From NCBI GenBank assembly GCA_964403165.1, contig CAYOFL010000002.1:5139-69138 (forward strand): DNA of 64,000 nt. The letters are read 5' to 3'. Under the pieces are notes generated by a model. The model worked only from the letters and a program-made list of their open reading frames with translations, was not told where the DNA came from and did not search any database. Positions 38,025 to 46,898 of the stretch are shown in pieces. Every line of letters begins with the position of its first letter. The stretch's first letter is position 1. The DNA comes from an uncultured Ignavibacteria bacterium (GTDB lineage: Bacteria > Zixibacteria > MSB-5A5 > SM1-73). The translations under genes were made by a program, and so were the position numbers.

Positions 38025-40414
38025 TGCAACAACAGCTCACTGGTCCCATCCTCATTTTCCGTGACGTAAACTAAATTTTCCACTGAATCTTTTATATCCT
38101 CTATGTGGGTAATCAAAAATATCTGTCTGAATCTATTTTTTAACCTGGCTAATGCGTTTAGAATATTCTCCTTTCGGAGCGTATCCTGACTGCCGAAAAT
38201 CTCATCCAATATAATGAAAGAGAAACCCACCTGGCTGGATTCAGAGATAAGAAGGGAGATGGCAATTCGCAGACACAGATTAGCTAAATCAGTCTCTCCT
38301 CCGGAGAAGCGATCTATGGGGAATTTCTCTCCCTGATCATAGATATAGATTTCGTAATCCTCATCCAGTTCCAGGTCCTCGTATCTGTTTTCACACAGCT
38401 CCACAAACAGATCTTTGGCATAGCGGGAAAGTGTGGGCCTGATCCGTCCGATTAAGGATACCCTAAAATCTGAAAACAACAAGTCCAGCTTCTCTAAATA
38501 CCGCTGTTCTACCCCCCATCCTTTTATGTCCTGTTCCGACTGGATGGTATTTTTGATCTCCTCCTCAATCTGATCGATTTCCTTTCCGATCATCTCCATC
38601 TGATGGCTAATATCTTTTAAAACCAGCTCAGTTGAGTGCACATCCTTTCTTTTTTCTTCCAAACTTTTCTCTACTTTCTTGTATTCTTCTTCAGAAAACT
38701 GCAGGAGTGAGATAGCTTCTTCTATTTTCCCCTCGTCTTTTTTCAACTCCTGTAATTTCTCTTTCAGTTCTTTTATCCCCTTCTCCACCTGGGGTAATCT
38801 TTTAAGCTGGGTAGCAAGCTCTGTTGATTTCTGCTTTAGTTTTTCTAAATGTTCAAATTCCTCTTTGAGTTTCCTGTGATAGGAAGGATCATATTTCACT
38901 TCACCCAGGTCTCTCAAAACCTGTTGCAATGAAGAAAGACTTTTCTCTTTCTCTTCTAAACCACTCACTAAATTCTGCCTCTCCCCTTCCAGTCTGGAGA
39001 ACTTCTCCAATGATTTTTGTAACTCCTCCCTTTGCGCTTCCAACTCCAGCTTTGCCTTTTTTAAATCTTGTCCTTTTTTCTTTATCTTTTCTCTCTCTCT
39101 TTCTATGCTATGTAATCTTTTTCCCAATTGATTTTGTTCATTCAGAAGATGCTCTCGAATCTTGTGATAATCGGATCCCATAGGTCTTAGACAACGATCA
39201 CATACCGAATCAGGACCCAGTTCCTCTATATGCTCCAACTGTGATTCCAATTTGTTTTTTTCATCCTTGGCTGACTTAAAAGATGCTTCCATCTTCATGT
39301 AAAGGCTTCTTTCTTCTCCCAGTTCTTTCTCAACCAAATCCTGTTTTTCTTTGACCTGTTTCAGATTCTTCTCAATCTCGCTTTTAGGTTCAAGCTCTTT
39401 ATTTATAAACGTCAGTCTCTTTTGATCCGAAGTTAGGGACGCTTGCATCTCTTTTTTCTGATTTTGCGTAACTTTTCGATGCTCTGCTTTTATCCTCTGT
39501 TCGTCTAAAATGGAAACCTTACTTTTTATTTCCTCATAGGGGACAAGTAGTTCATCCAGTTTACCTCTCTCAGAATCAAGTGCTGTTAGATTGACTTTCT
39601 CTTCTTCCTGTAGTTTTAGCTGTGCATCCAGGCTCTGTTTCTCTGTTTGGGTTATGCTTCTCTTTTGACTGAGGCAGATGTGTTCTTCATATTTTAACTT
39701 TAGTTTTTCCCACAAGCTTTCAGTCTTCTTCAAACCGGAGGTCTCAGAATCAAACTTTTCTTTTGTGACTTTGAATTTATCTTTTAAAAGGGAAAGATTT
39801 TCTGACTTCTCTTTTTTCCGTGTCCGAAGCTCGTCTTTATCTTTCAGACGGGAACGGTTAAAATCGAGCTTCAACTCCAACTCCCTTTTGTCTGACCTTA
39901 AATTTTTCAAAGCCACATCCACGGTTTCGATTCCTAACATGCGGGCTAAAAGTTCTTTTCTCTTGAATGGTTGAAAATCGGAGAGGGCGTTAAGTTCCCT
40001 TTGCTTGGCATAAAAGGAAGTCATGAAAGCTTTCAAGTCCATATCCAGAGTTTTTTGAATGAGTTCATTGACCGAACTGTTTCCTCTGGCTGATACCTTT
40101 TTGTTTATGATGACCGAGGCATCCACAGAAAGGGATGTTCCTTTTAGCTCCCGCACCACCTGAAAGTTATCTCCATTCATCTCGAAATCCAAAATCACCC
40201 GGCACACATCTGCCTTTCGAGCAAAGATGGATTTGATCTGATCCTTGCTGGTGCGGGAGGCATCTGTGCCAAACAACGCCCAGGCGACAGCTTCCATCAA
40301 TGTGGACTTGCCGGCACCATTGTTCCCGATGATTCCCACTATCCCATCCGGAAACTCAAGCTCCGCCCACTTGAATCTTCTGTAGTTTTCCAATCGAATA
40401 TTTCTTAAGTGCAT
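38021..40414 (-). CDS. sbcC: Rad50/SbcC-family SMC-like ATPase
   Basis: Walker A GNNGAGKST, long coiled coils, zinc hook CDRC, signature FSGGETDLANL, Walker B FIILDE, and H-loop LITH. Confidence 0.92.
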   Translation of the reverse strand: MHLRNIRLENYRRFKWAELEFPDGIVGIIGNNGAGKSTLMEAVAWALFGTDASRTSKDQIKSIFARKADVCRVILDFEMNGDNFQVVRELKGTSLSVDASVIINKKVSARGNSSVNELIQKTLDMDLKAFMTSFYAKQRELNALSDFQPFKRKELLARMLGIETVDVALKNLRSDKRELELKLDFNRSRLKDKDELRTRKKEKSENLSLLKDKFKVTKEKFDSETSGLKKTESLWEKLKLKYEEHICLSQKRSITQTEKQSLDAQLKLQEEEKVNLTALDSERGKLDELLVPYEEIKSKVSILDEQRIKAEHRKVTQNQKKEMQASLTSDQKRLTFINKELEPKSEIEKNLKQVKEKQDLVEKELGEERSLYMKMEASFKSAKDEKNKLESQLEHIEELGPDSVCDRCLRPMGSDYHKIREHLLNEQNQLGKRLHSIEREREKIKKKGQDLKKAKLELEAQREELQKSLEKFSRLEGERQNLVSGLEEKEKSLSSLQQVLRDLGEVKYDPSYHRKLKEEFEHLEKLKQKSTELATQLKRLPQVEKGIKELKEKLQELKKDEGKIEEAISLLQFSEEEYKKVEKSLEEKRKDVHSTELVLKDISHQMEMIGKEIDQIEEEIKNTIQSEQDIKGWGVEQRYLEKLDLLFSDFRVSLIGRIRPTLSRYAKDLFVELCENRYEDLELDEDYEIYIYDQGEKFPIDRFSGGETDLANLCLRIAISLLISESSQVGFSFIILDEIFGSQDTLRKENILNALARLKNRFRQIFLITHIEDIKDSVENLVYVTENEDGTSELLLQ

Positions 40415-40426
40415 CCTTGAAAATCC

Positions 40427-40503
40427 ATGACGAATGATTAATGATGAATGATTGATGAAGGATGGTTGATGACGAATTTATTCGTCATTCGTCATTCGTC
40501 ATT
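40427..40503. repeat. Heptanucleotide repeat array with an inverted arm
   Basis: Seven ATGANNN-phased units (two of them the exact atgacga), then atttatt, then three cgtcatt units, which are the phase-shifted reverse complement of atgacga. The array spans the whole sbcD-sbcC spacer and overlaps the sbcD stop. Confidence 0.85.
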
Positions 40504-41704
40504 AGTCTTCATCTTCTACAGGTCTTACGGTCAAATACTTTAAACCTAACTCCAGCAATCTCTCTTTGTTTAGATTCTCCACCGGCATCTGTTTTAGAAA
40601 CTGTTCGAATTCGACATTAAGTTTACCAATGGAGGTCCCGGCGGTTTGATCCTTCGCCCTTTCTTTTTTTCTTTCTAATCTTAAGTCAAAATAAAAAGCT
40701 CTCGACTTCAGCTCGGCAATTTTACGAAAATCCAGGGAGTTGTATATATGCTCCGAAATGTCTTTAACCTTTAGCCTTACAATTTTTTCCTCAATGTTCT
40801 CTGTTTCGATTGTTTTTTCAATCTCCAGCAAGACCTGCTCTTGATCTAAATCCCTGGCATCGATAGAGAGGAGTTCAATCATCTCTCTGGTGGGGACTTG
40901 ATGGAACTTTACGTTTATGATTGGCGAAGATGTTTCTGTGGACTGTGGACTGTGGACTGTGGACGTCTCTATCTCCACTTCCACAAATCCCTTCTCTTGA
41001 CCCAGCTCCGCCATGGACACTCTTTCGGTCGATCCGGCATAATATACTCTCGGGCTCACCTGGCAAAAGCGGTGATAATGCCCCAGCGCCACATAATCGA
41101 AGGGCATCTCCAGATATGAGGATGGGATCTCCTGTTCAGCTAACTCACCCATGGAAAACTCCGGAATTCCTGCCACCACCCCATGTAGCATCAGAATGTT
41201 GAAGGTCAAATTCTGTCCGCTGTCGGCGGTCGGCCGTCCGCCGCAAATTTTTACTTTCGCCGCTTCCTTAGAGAAATCTTCCTGATCCAGACAGTGAGGA
41301 ATGGCATGGATAGCGACCTTATCAAGTTTTATTAACTCATACTGATTTCTGTATACCAGATGGAGATAAGGTGAGAAAACCTCAAAAAATGAGAAGACTG
41401 ATCCTACTGACCTCTGCTTGGGCGTATCGTGATTTCCTGAGATAATCACCATGGGAATTTTCAGATCCACTACCCGCAAAATCTGTCTAATGGCAAAATT
41501 GATGATTCGATTGGTGGGTCTTACCGTGTGAAAAAGATCACCACTATGCAGGACAAAATCAGGTTTTAGCTTGATTATCTGATCGATCGCAGATTCAAAG
41601 GAGGTGCAGATGTCCTCTTCTCTCTGATTAAATCCAGAGGGAGATAATTTGCGGGAGAATCCGCTTGCTCCCAGATGACTATCCGATATATGAACGAATC
41701 GCAT
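40502..41704 (-). CDS. sbcD: Mre11/SbcD-family nuclease
   Basis: Calcineurin-like phosphoesterase motifs: ISDSHLG, HSGDLFH, ISGNHD, MLHG and LGHYH. Confidence 0.92.
   Translation of the reverse strand: MRFVHISDSHLGASGFSRKLSPSGFNQREEDICTSFESAIDQIIKLKPDFVLHSGDLFHTVRPTNRIINFAIRQILRVVDLKIPMVIISGNHDTPKQRSVGSVFSFFEVFSPYLHLVYRNQYELIKLDKVAIHAIPHCLDQEDFSKEAAKVKICGGRPTADSGQNLTFNILMLHGVVAGIPEFSMGELAEQEIPSSYLEMPFDYVALGHYHRFCQVSPRVYYAGSTERVSMAELGQEKGFVEVEIETSTVHSPQSTETSSPIINVKFHQVPTREMIELLSIDARDLDQEQVLLEIEKTIETENIEEKIVRLKVKDISEHIYNSLDFRKIAELKSRAFYFDLRLERKKERAKDQTAGTSIGKLNVEFEQFLKQMPVENLNKERLLELGLKYLTVRPVEDED
40936..40963. repeat. Perfect heptanucleotide repeat (CTGTGGA x4) inside the sbcD coding sequence
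   Basis: ctgtgga x4. It encodes the STVHSPQST linker between the nuclease and C-terminal domains. Confidence 0.95.
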
Positions 41705-41725
41705 TAGTTAAATCGATTATTGAAT

Positions 41726-41753
41726 ACCAGAACCTAACTTAAGTTAGGTTCTG
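41726..41753. repeat. 28-bp perfect palindrome (family copy 2)
   Basis: ccagaacctaacttaagttaggttctgg, 22 nt upstream of the sbcD start. Confidence 0.95.
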
Positions 41754-41791
41754 GTTGATTAGGTTCTGGTGTCACAACTCTGCAAAGAGTC

Positions 41792-41892
41792 AATTGGTAG
41801 CCGCACCCTTCAGGGTGCGCAGTTTAAGAATCAAGCATTTAATTCTCGCAGGCTGAAGCTCATTTGAGTCAACTGACCTGCGGCTACCAATT
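41792..41892. repeat. Long-range stem element in the herA-sbcD spacer
   Basis: aattggtagccgca ... tgcggctaccaatt (14 bp) encloses the gcaccc-ttca-gggtgc hairpin and the tcatttgagtcaactgacc module shared with 15222. Confidence 0.7.
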
Positions 41893-41911
41893 CGGAATTT
41901 GCTACCACTCA

Positions 41912-43468
41912 TCAGAAAAAATCCCGATCAATTTTTGTTTTTTCAAATTCTTTTTCTTCCCTGGCTCTCCCTTTCAGCCATTCTTCATAAAGATGTATCT
42001 TCGCCGGAATGGCAAAGGGTGACTGAGGAGAGGTGATCAAAGCCTCACCCGCTTCCAGCATCTGAATCTCCGTGCCTAAATCAGAGATATCCTGCTTGGC
42101 TGAGGATTTCACTATGTTTCTATCCCTCTCATCAGCCAGCCCCAGAATGAACAGGGTGTTGAATTGAGACAGAAGCTCCTCGTCAATCAACTTTGGTTGC
42201 TGGGTGATGGCGCATAGACCGGTTTTAAACTTTCTTCCCTCTCTGGAGATCTGGGCAAAGATGTTTATGTCCGATCTCCCCTTTTGAGAAAGCACCCTCT
42301 GTGCCTCCTCCATCACGATGATGGTGGGCAAAAGAGCTTTGAATTTTGCTGGATCCTGATACGCTTTGCTGTGATGATAAAACACTGCTCGGGATAGGAC
42401 TGCGGATACCAAAAGCTCCTCCTGTTCGGACATATTGGAAGTGTCCACCAAGACCAGCTTGCCCGACTCCAGATCGTTAATCACATTTCTGGTGATAGAT
42501 AATTCCGGGTCTTTGTGGATGAATGGAAGCCTGAGAATTTGTTCCACTCTTCTCTGAATAACACCAGCGGTTGATTCAAAAAATCCTTTTCCGCTGGAAA
42601 GCTTAATTAGAAGATCCTCCATCCTAACGTGCGCTATCTCCTCCATCCAGTTTTGCCCGAACAAATATCTTGCCGCATAAAGCATCTCTACCTGCGGCTG
42701 GGTGAAATCGTAAATGTGACGGAAATCCTTTATGTCTATCTCCCGGGGGCTTATTTTAAGCTTGTTGTGAGGACCACCTAAATTTCGGGAGCTATAAACT
42801 CTCAGTCGCTTCTCAGCCAGGGGATGATCCACCAAACCCTTATGGGCTGGGTCTCCCCCACCATCGTAATACTCACCATGAGGATCTAAAATCAGCATGC
42901 CATATTGGGAAGATTCTAAAACCGAGCCGGCGAGAACTTTCATCAGATTGCTTTTGCCCATGCCGGTGGTGGCAAATATCCCAATGTGATAAGGAAAAAC
43001 CTCTCCTGAGATTCCCACCTGAAAGTCTAAAACATCCTCCCCCGATCTCAAAAACCCAACCTCCAGATCACCCATGAAATTTTTTAAGAATTCAAAATCA
43101 TTCTTCTGGGGACTCCTCACCCTGGAAAAATGAGAGGGTATGGTTTTGGGCTTTTTGAAGGTATTCCCTTTTATATATCCTAAGGGGACACATCGTCCCA
43201 CCTTATAAAGTCTTCTTTCCTTCTCCTGGAACTGGAAAGGCTCATTCTGTCTATCCAAAAGCATCATATTCCCCGCAGTCCTCTCCGCCCAGTTGGGATC
43301 GGATGCCTCCACTCCATAGCTTATGTCTACCGCTCTCAAAAAGTAGGGCAACCCTTTATCTTCGTCTTCGGCTAAAAGAATATCTCCCAGATGTAAGTCC
43401 TCTTCGTAAAAGGTTCGAAAATAAAGTTCGGTTATCTTCTTTCCGGTGATTCTTCCTTTATAGTCCAT
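41912..43468 (-). CDS. herA: HerA-like (FtsK/HerA superfamily, DUF87-type) ATPase
   Basis: Walker A IFATTGMGKSNL, Walker B-like TIIVMEEAQRV, 518 aa, next to nurA. Confidence 0.8.
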   Translation of the reverse strand: MDYKGRITGKKITELYFRTFYEEDLHLGDILLAEDEDKGLPYFLRAVDISYGVEASDPNWAERTAGNMMLLDRQNEPFQFQEKERRLYKVGRCVPLGYIKGNTFKKPKTIPSHFSRVRSPQKNDFEFLKNFMGDLEVGFLRSGEDVLDFQVGISGEVFPYHIGIFATTGMGKSNLMKVLAGSVLESSQYGMLILDPHGEYYDGGGDPAHKGLVDHPLAEKRLRVYSSRNLGGPHNKLKISPREIDIKDFRHIYDFTQPQVEMLYAARYLFGQNWMEEIAHVRMEDLLIKLSSGKGFFESTAGVIQRRVEQILRLPFIHKDPELSITRNVINDLESGKLVLVDTSNMSEQEELLVSAVLSRAVFYHHSKAYQDPAKFKALLPTIIVMEEAQRVLSQKGRSDINIFAQISREGRKFKTGLCAITQQPKLIDEELLSQFNTLFILGLADERDRNIVKSSAKQDISDLGTEIQMLEAGEALITSPQSPFAIPAKIHLYEEWLKGRAREEKEFEKTKIDRDFF

Positions 43469-43496
43469 CTCAGTGTCCTTTTTTTTATTGAAAGTT

Positions 43497-43524
43497 CCAG
43501 CACCTAACTTAAGTTAGGTGCTGG
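43497..43524. repeat. 28-bp perfect palindrome (family copy 3, variant)
   Basis: ccagcacctaacttaagttaggtgctgg. Confidence 0.95.
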
Positions 43525-43611
43525 AACCCGAGCCTCACACGACTCAAGATTCCTTTTTTTGATTGTCTATAGAAATTGTAATTCAAGATTTTATCCTCTT
43601 TTCATGAGTCA

Positions 43612-43666
43612 CGCGTAGGCAAGCCTTTACGGCTTGCATACCAAGCCATGAAGGCTTGGCTACGCG
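43612..43666. repeat. Y-shaped double-hairpin element
   Basis: cgcgtag[gcaagcc-tttac-ggcttgc]atac[caagcc-atgaa-ggcttg]gctacgcg. Confidence 0.75.
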
Positions 43667-43686
43667 ACCTTCTTCAATTGAGGGCA

Positions 43687-43714
43687 CCAGAACCTAACTT
43701 AAGTTAGCTTCTGG
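43687..43714. repeat. 28-bp palindrome (family copy 4, one mismatch)
   Basis: ccagaacctaacttaagttagcttctgg. Confidence 0.9.
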
Positions 43715-43727
43715 TCTCTGATTGATT

Positions 43728-44786
43728 TCATCCATTCAAATCCGCATTTAGCACCTCGTGAAAATCGGTAAACAGAAGATCCCAGTCTGAGGTGGTGACA
43801 CCTTTCTCAAAAGCCTTGGATTGCAGTTTATATTTGATATCTTCAATCTCTGATAAGGTGATTCGGGAGATATTATGAACTGCCGCCAGAGGATAAGGGT
43901 ATCCCAAAAATGCCGGATCGCCGGAAAGGTGTGACAAAACAGAAAAAATGAGATCTATATCCACCGGATCAAGCCGATTGACGTCTATCCGGAAGGCAAA
44001 ATTTGAGGAAGCTTTCAGCTTAGCCACGTATATCTTTCCCAGATAACTGGAACCGGTGGTATGAAGTTTCTCATCGGAAAGCTGGCAGAACCATTTTGAG
44101 TTGGGGCAGAACCTCTCCGCCACTTTGGAAACTGCCGGAATCAAGGGCGATTTATCTCCCCAGTAAAGGGTGCTGGTTTTGCTCACCCCCACCAGATGAA
44201 CCCCTTTATCTTTAGCTTTCCGGGCAAATTCAAGCATGAAATTATAAGGCGGCGCAATGCTCGCCTTAAGCGATCCATCGACAAGCAACACATCACCACT
44301 CTCCAGCTCATCTAAAAGCTTTTGTGTCATCCTCCATTCGGAGAAAAGGCGTAGGCGATCCAATATCTTCTCTATTCCCGGAGCTTTAGAAGGCTCTTCT
44401 CCAGTTAGATCACCATAGGCGGAATGATACATCCGGGAGAAATTAGCCTTTGAGATTATAACCAGCTTCAAGGGGATTATTTTCTGATCTATCCTTTTCC
44501 CCTGGTGATAGATAACCGAACCAACCCGATAGACACAGATCAAAAACGATCTACCTTTAACCACCGTAGCCGACCCGCCATCCACAGCCGCAATCTTTCC
44601 TTTAGGCTCCTCTTCCTTTATTATATGGAAGGAAAGCTCATCTAAATCCTTGTCTAAAAGCAAAGGCTCTTTTTCTTCCTCATCTGATTCCACCTCGATG
44701 TAGGAAGGCTCAGAATCCAATGCTTCTTGGATAAAGCTCACCGCCCTATTGATCTCATTCTCAATGGTTTCGTCTATGCCCAGCAT
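43728..44786 (-). CDS. nurA: NurA-domain nuclease
   Basis: IAAVDGGSATV and DVLLVDGSL are the two NurA acidic-residue motifs. 352 aa, immediately upstream of herA. Confidence 0.75.
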   Translation of the reverse strand: MLGIDETIENEINRAVSFIQEALDSEPSYIEVESDEEEKEPLLLDKDLDELSFHIIKEEEPKGKIAAVDGGSATVVKGRSFLICVYRVGSVIYHQGKRIDQKIIPLKLVIISKANFSRMYHSAYGDLTGEEPSKAPGIEKILDRLRLFSEWRMTQKLLDELESGDVLLVDGSLKASIAPPYNFMLEFARKAKDKGVHLVGVSKTSTLYWGDKSPLIPAVSKVAERFCPNSKWFCQLSDEKLHTTGSSYLGKIYVAKLKASSNFAFRIDVNRLDPVDIDLIFSVLSHLSGDPAFLGYPYPLAAVHNISRITLSEIEDIKYKLQSKAFEKGVTTSDWDLLFTDFHEVLNADLNG

Positions 44787-44860
44787 TTTTGTTACCCTAG
44801 TAAACGCAACAATATAACATTAAATTTCTTTTCCCCTAGATTGTTCTTAGTATTCGCACT

Positions 44861-45532
44861 TTAGCAGGAAAGTGATTGCAAATAACGACACGTCCTCCTT
44901 AACGGACATTTTACACAATTAGGGCCACGTGGGCTACAAACAAGGGCTGTGAAATCAAGAATGGCAAGATTAGCTTTTCGAGGATTCCGCCCCGATGAGT
45001 ATGATCTAGCTATTTCCTTGATGTGCTTATCGCGACGGCCTTCTTTTGATGTTCTTACTCCAAAATAGCGCCTGAAGAGTCTCACGATGTTACTGTCAAC
45101 TATCCACTCTCTTTTTCCATAAGCAATAGACAAGACTGCACCCGCCACATAATCACCCACTCCAGGAAGTGTCAGTAGTTCTTCTCTTGTGTCAGGAACT
45201 TGACATCGGTATTTTTTCTTGATTTCTCGGGCTACAAGACGGAAGGCGGGTGTCCGCCACTTGAGCCCCAGAGGATACAAGATCTTGTGTATGCTTTGGC
45301 TCCTGGCATTGGCCAGTGATTCAATATCCGGGTACTTTTTAACTAACTGTTGATACACTCCTTTCACCTGATCTGCTTTCGTCCGTCTGAGCATCATTTC
45401 GGCCATCAAAATTTTAAAAGGGTCACGAGTCTCCCGCCAAGGATACTTTCGTCCATTCGTGTTGAACCAGCGAACGATTTTGGCTCTTAGGGCAATGATA
45501 TGCTCCCTTGAGGCTGTTAACTTGTCAGACAT
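44861..45532 (-). CDS. HhH-GPD / [4Fe-4S] DNA glycosylase, MutY-core-only (Mig-type)
   Basis: YPWRETRDPFKILMAEMMLRRT, HhH LLTLPGVGDYVAGAV, catalytic-Asp context VDSNIVRLF, and FeS cluster loop CSPRGPNCVKCPLRRTC. No NUDIX-like C-terminal domain. The start overlaps the dcm stop by 8 nt. Confidence 0.85.
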   Translation of the reverse strand: MSDKLTASREHIIALRAKIVRWFNTNGRKYPWRETRDPFKILMAEMMLRRTKADQVKGVYQQLVKKYPDIESLANARSQSIHKILYPLGLKWRTPAFRLVAREIKKKYRCQVPDTREELLTLPGVGDYVAGAVLSIAYGKREWIVDSNIVRLFRRYFGVRTSKEGRRDKHIKEIARSYSSGRNPRKANLAILDFTALVCSPRGPNCVKCPLRRTCRYLQSLSC

Positions 45533-46898
45533 GAATCTTCTTCAACTCTCTAAGAATTGCCTTGGCAATAGCACGAGCCAGTAAAGGCGGCACGGCATTA
45601 CCGACTTGCCTGAACTGCTCCGTTCGTGGACCCTCAAATTTGAAGTTATCTGGAAATGATTGACACCGAGCCGCCTCTCTAACGGTGAAGGAACGGCACT
45701 GTTTGATATCAGGATGAATATAGTAGTGTCCATCCTTGCAAATGTGAGCGGTAATGGTTGAAGATGGGCGAGACCACCATTGAACCTTGAATCTATCGAG
45801 AAATTTATCAAGATGTCGGTGGTTAGGGATAAGATCGAGTCTTTTCTCTTTGAGGTGCCTTAAAGTTGCAGGTCCATTTCCGTTTTGGTGATGTTCAATA
45901 AAGAATTTATATCTTTCAAGATCGCTCTTCATGTGTGTTCTTGCCTTATGATTGAGAATCCCTTGAGAATTTAGCCTCATTTTTGCCTGATAATATGTCA
46001 GATTCATATTAGAATCATAATATCCATACCAGCCATCATTTCCCTCACCCGGCTTCAACGGGGGAAAATCACCTATGGCGTCATCTACGGTAAGACGCCC
46101 ATGTTTTCTGTTATCCCGTGCCTGTTTCTGTAAGCTTGAAAACACTTCTCTTATACTTGGATTTTTGTCTTCCAGAGATTTCCTATATCCGATAAGGATC
46201 AATCTCTTTCTGTTTTGCGGAATATGGAAGTCTGCACTGTTAAGAATATAACTACACGGATCCTCATAAATTTGTTCCAAAGGCGGTATAATTTCGTAAG
46301 GAGGATTTAATGATGAAAAATCGTTCAGTATTTTGATGAATATTTTCTTTCCTTCTGCTTTTGCGCTGAAAAGACCGGGAACATTTTCGTAAACGAAAAA
46401 ATCTGGTTGAACAGACTCAAGAATGTCTAGATAATATCTGTAAAGGTAATGTCTACCATCGTTTTCCATTCTTGACGGGTCTCTGGCTCTTCCGACCAGC
46501 GAGTAAGGCTGGCAGGGCGGTCCTCCAAGTAGCACGTGGAACTTCGAGGCACCATGAAACCTTCTGCTGTACTCAACTTTCTCAAGTATGCAGTCTGTTC
46601 GCTCCTTTCCAAGTGTGGCTTGAATGATCCTAGGCGAGATTGCCTGCAGGACGTGCGGGAATTTATTAAGAATGTCTTCGCGAGGGATTTCCCCGTGGAG
46701 GTATTTCTGGTACAAATGGCTTTTTCTGATTCGTTTCAATGCAAAATACAATTGTCGGGTTCTAAGCGTTTCACATGCCCATTTATCCATTTCAATCTGC
46801 GCTATGAGTTCAAATCCTGCCTGTCTAAATCCTTCACTCAACCCACCAGCACCAGCGAAAACGTCAATTGCATAATATATCTTATCCTGCAATTTCAT
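45525..46898 (-). CDS. dcm: DNA (cytosine-5)-methyltransferase
   Basis: Motif I DVFAGAGGLSEGF, IV GGPPCQPYS, VI ENVPGL, VIII QNRKR, and X QVGNAVPPLLA. Confidence 0.95.
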   Translation of the reverse strand: MKLQDKIYYAIDVFAGAGGLSEGFRQAGFELIAQIEMDKWACETLRTRQLYFALKRIRKSHLYQKYLHGEIPREDILNKFPHVLQAISPRIIQATLGKERTDCILEKVEYSRRFHGASKFHVLLGGPPCQPYSLVGRARDPSRMENDGRHYLYRYYLDILESVQPDFFVYENVPGLFSAKAEGKKIFIKILNDFSSLNPPYEIIPPLEQIYEDPCSYILNSADFHIPQNRKRLILIGYRKSLEDKNPSIREVFSSLQKQARDNRKHGRLTVDDAIGDFPPLKPGEGNDGWYGYYDSNMNLTYYQAKMRLNSQGILNHKARTHMKSDLERYKFFIEHHQNGNGPATLRHLKEKRLDLIPNHRHLDKFLDRFKVQWWSRPSSTITAHICKDGHYYIHPDIKQCRSFTVREAARCQSFPDNFKFEGPRTEQFRQVGNAVPPLLARAIAKAILRELKKIHV

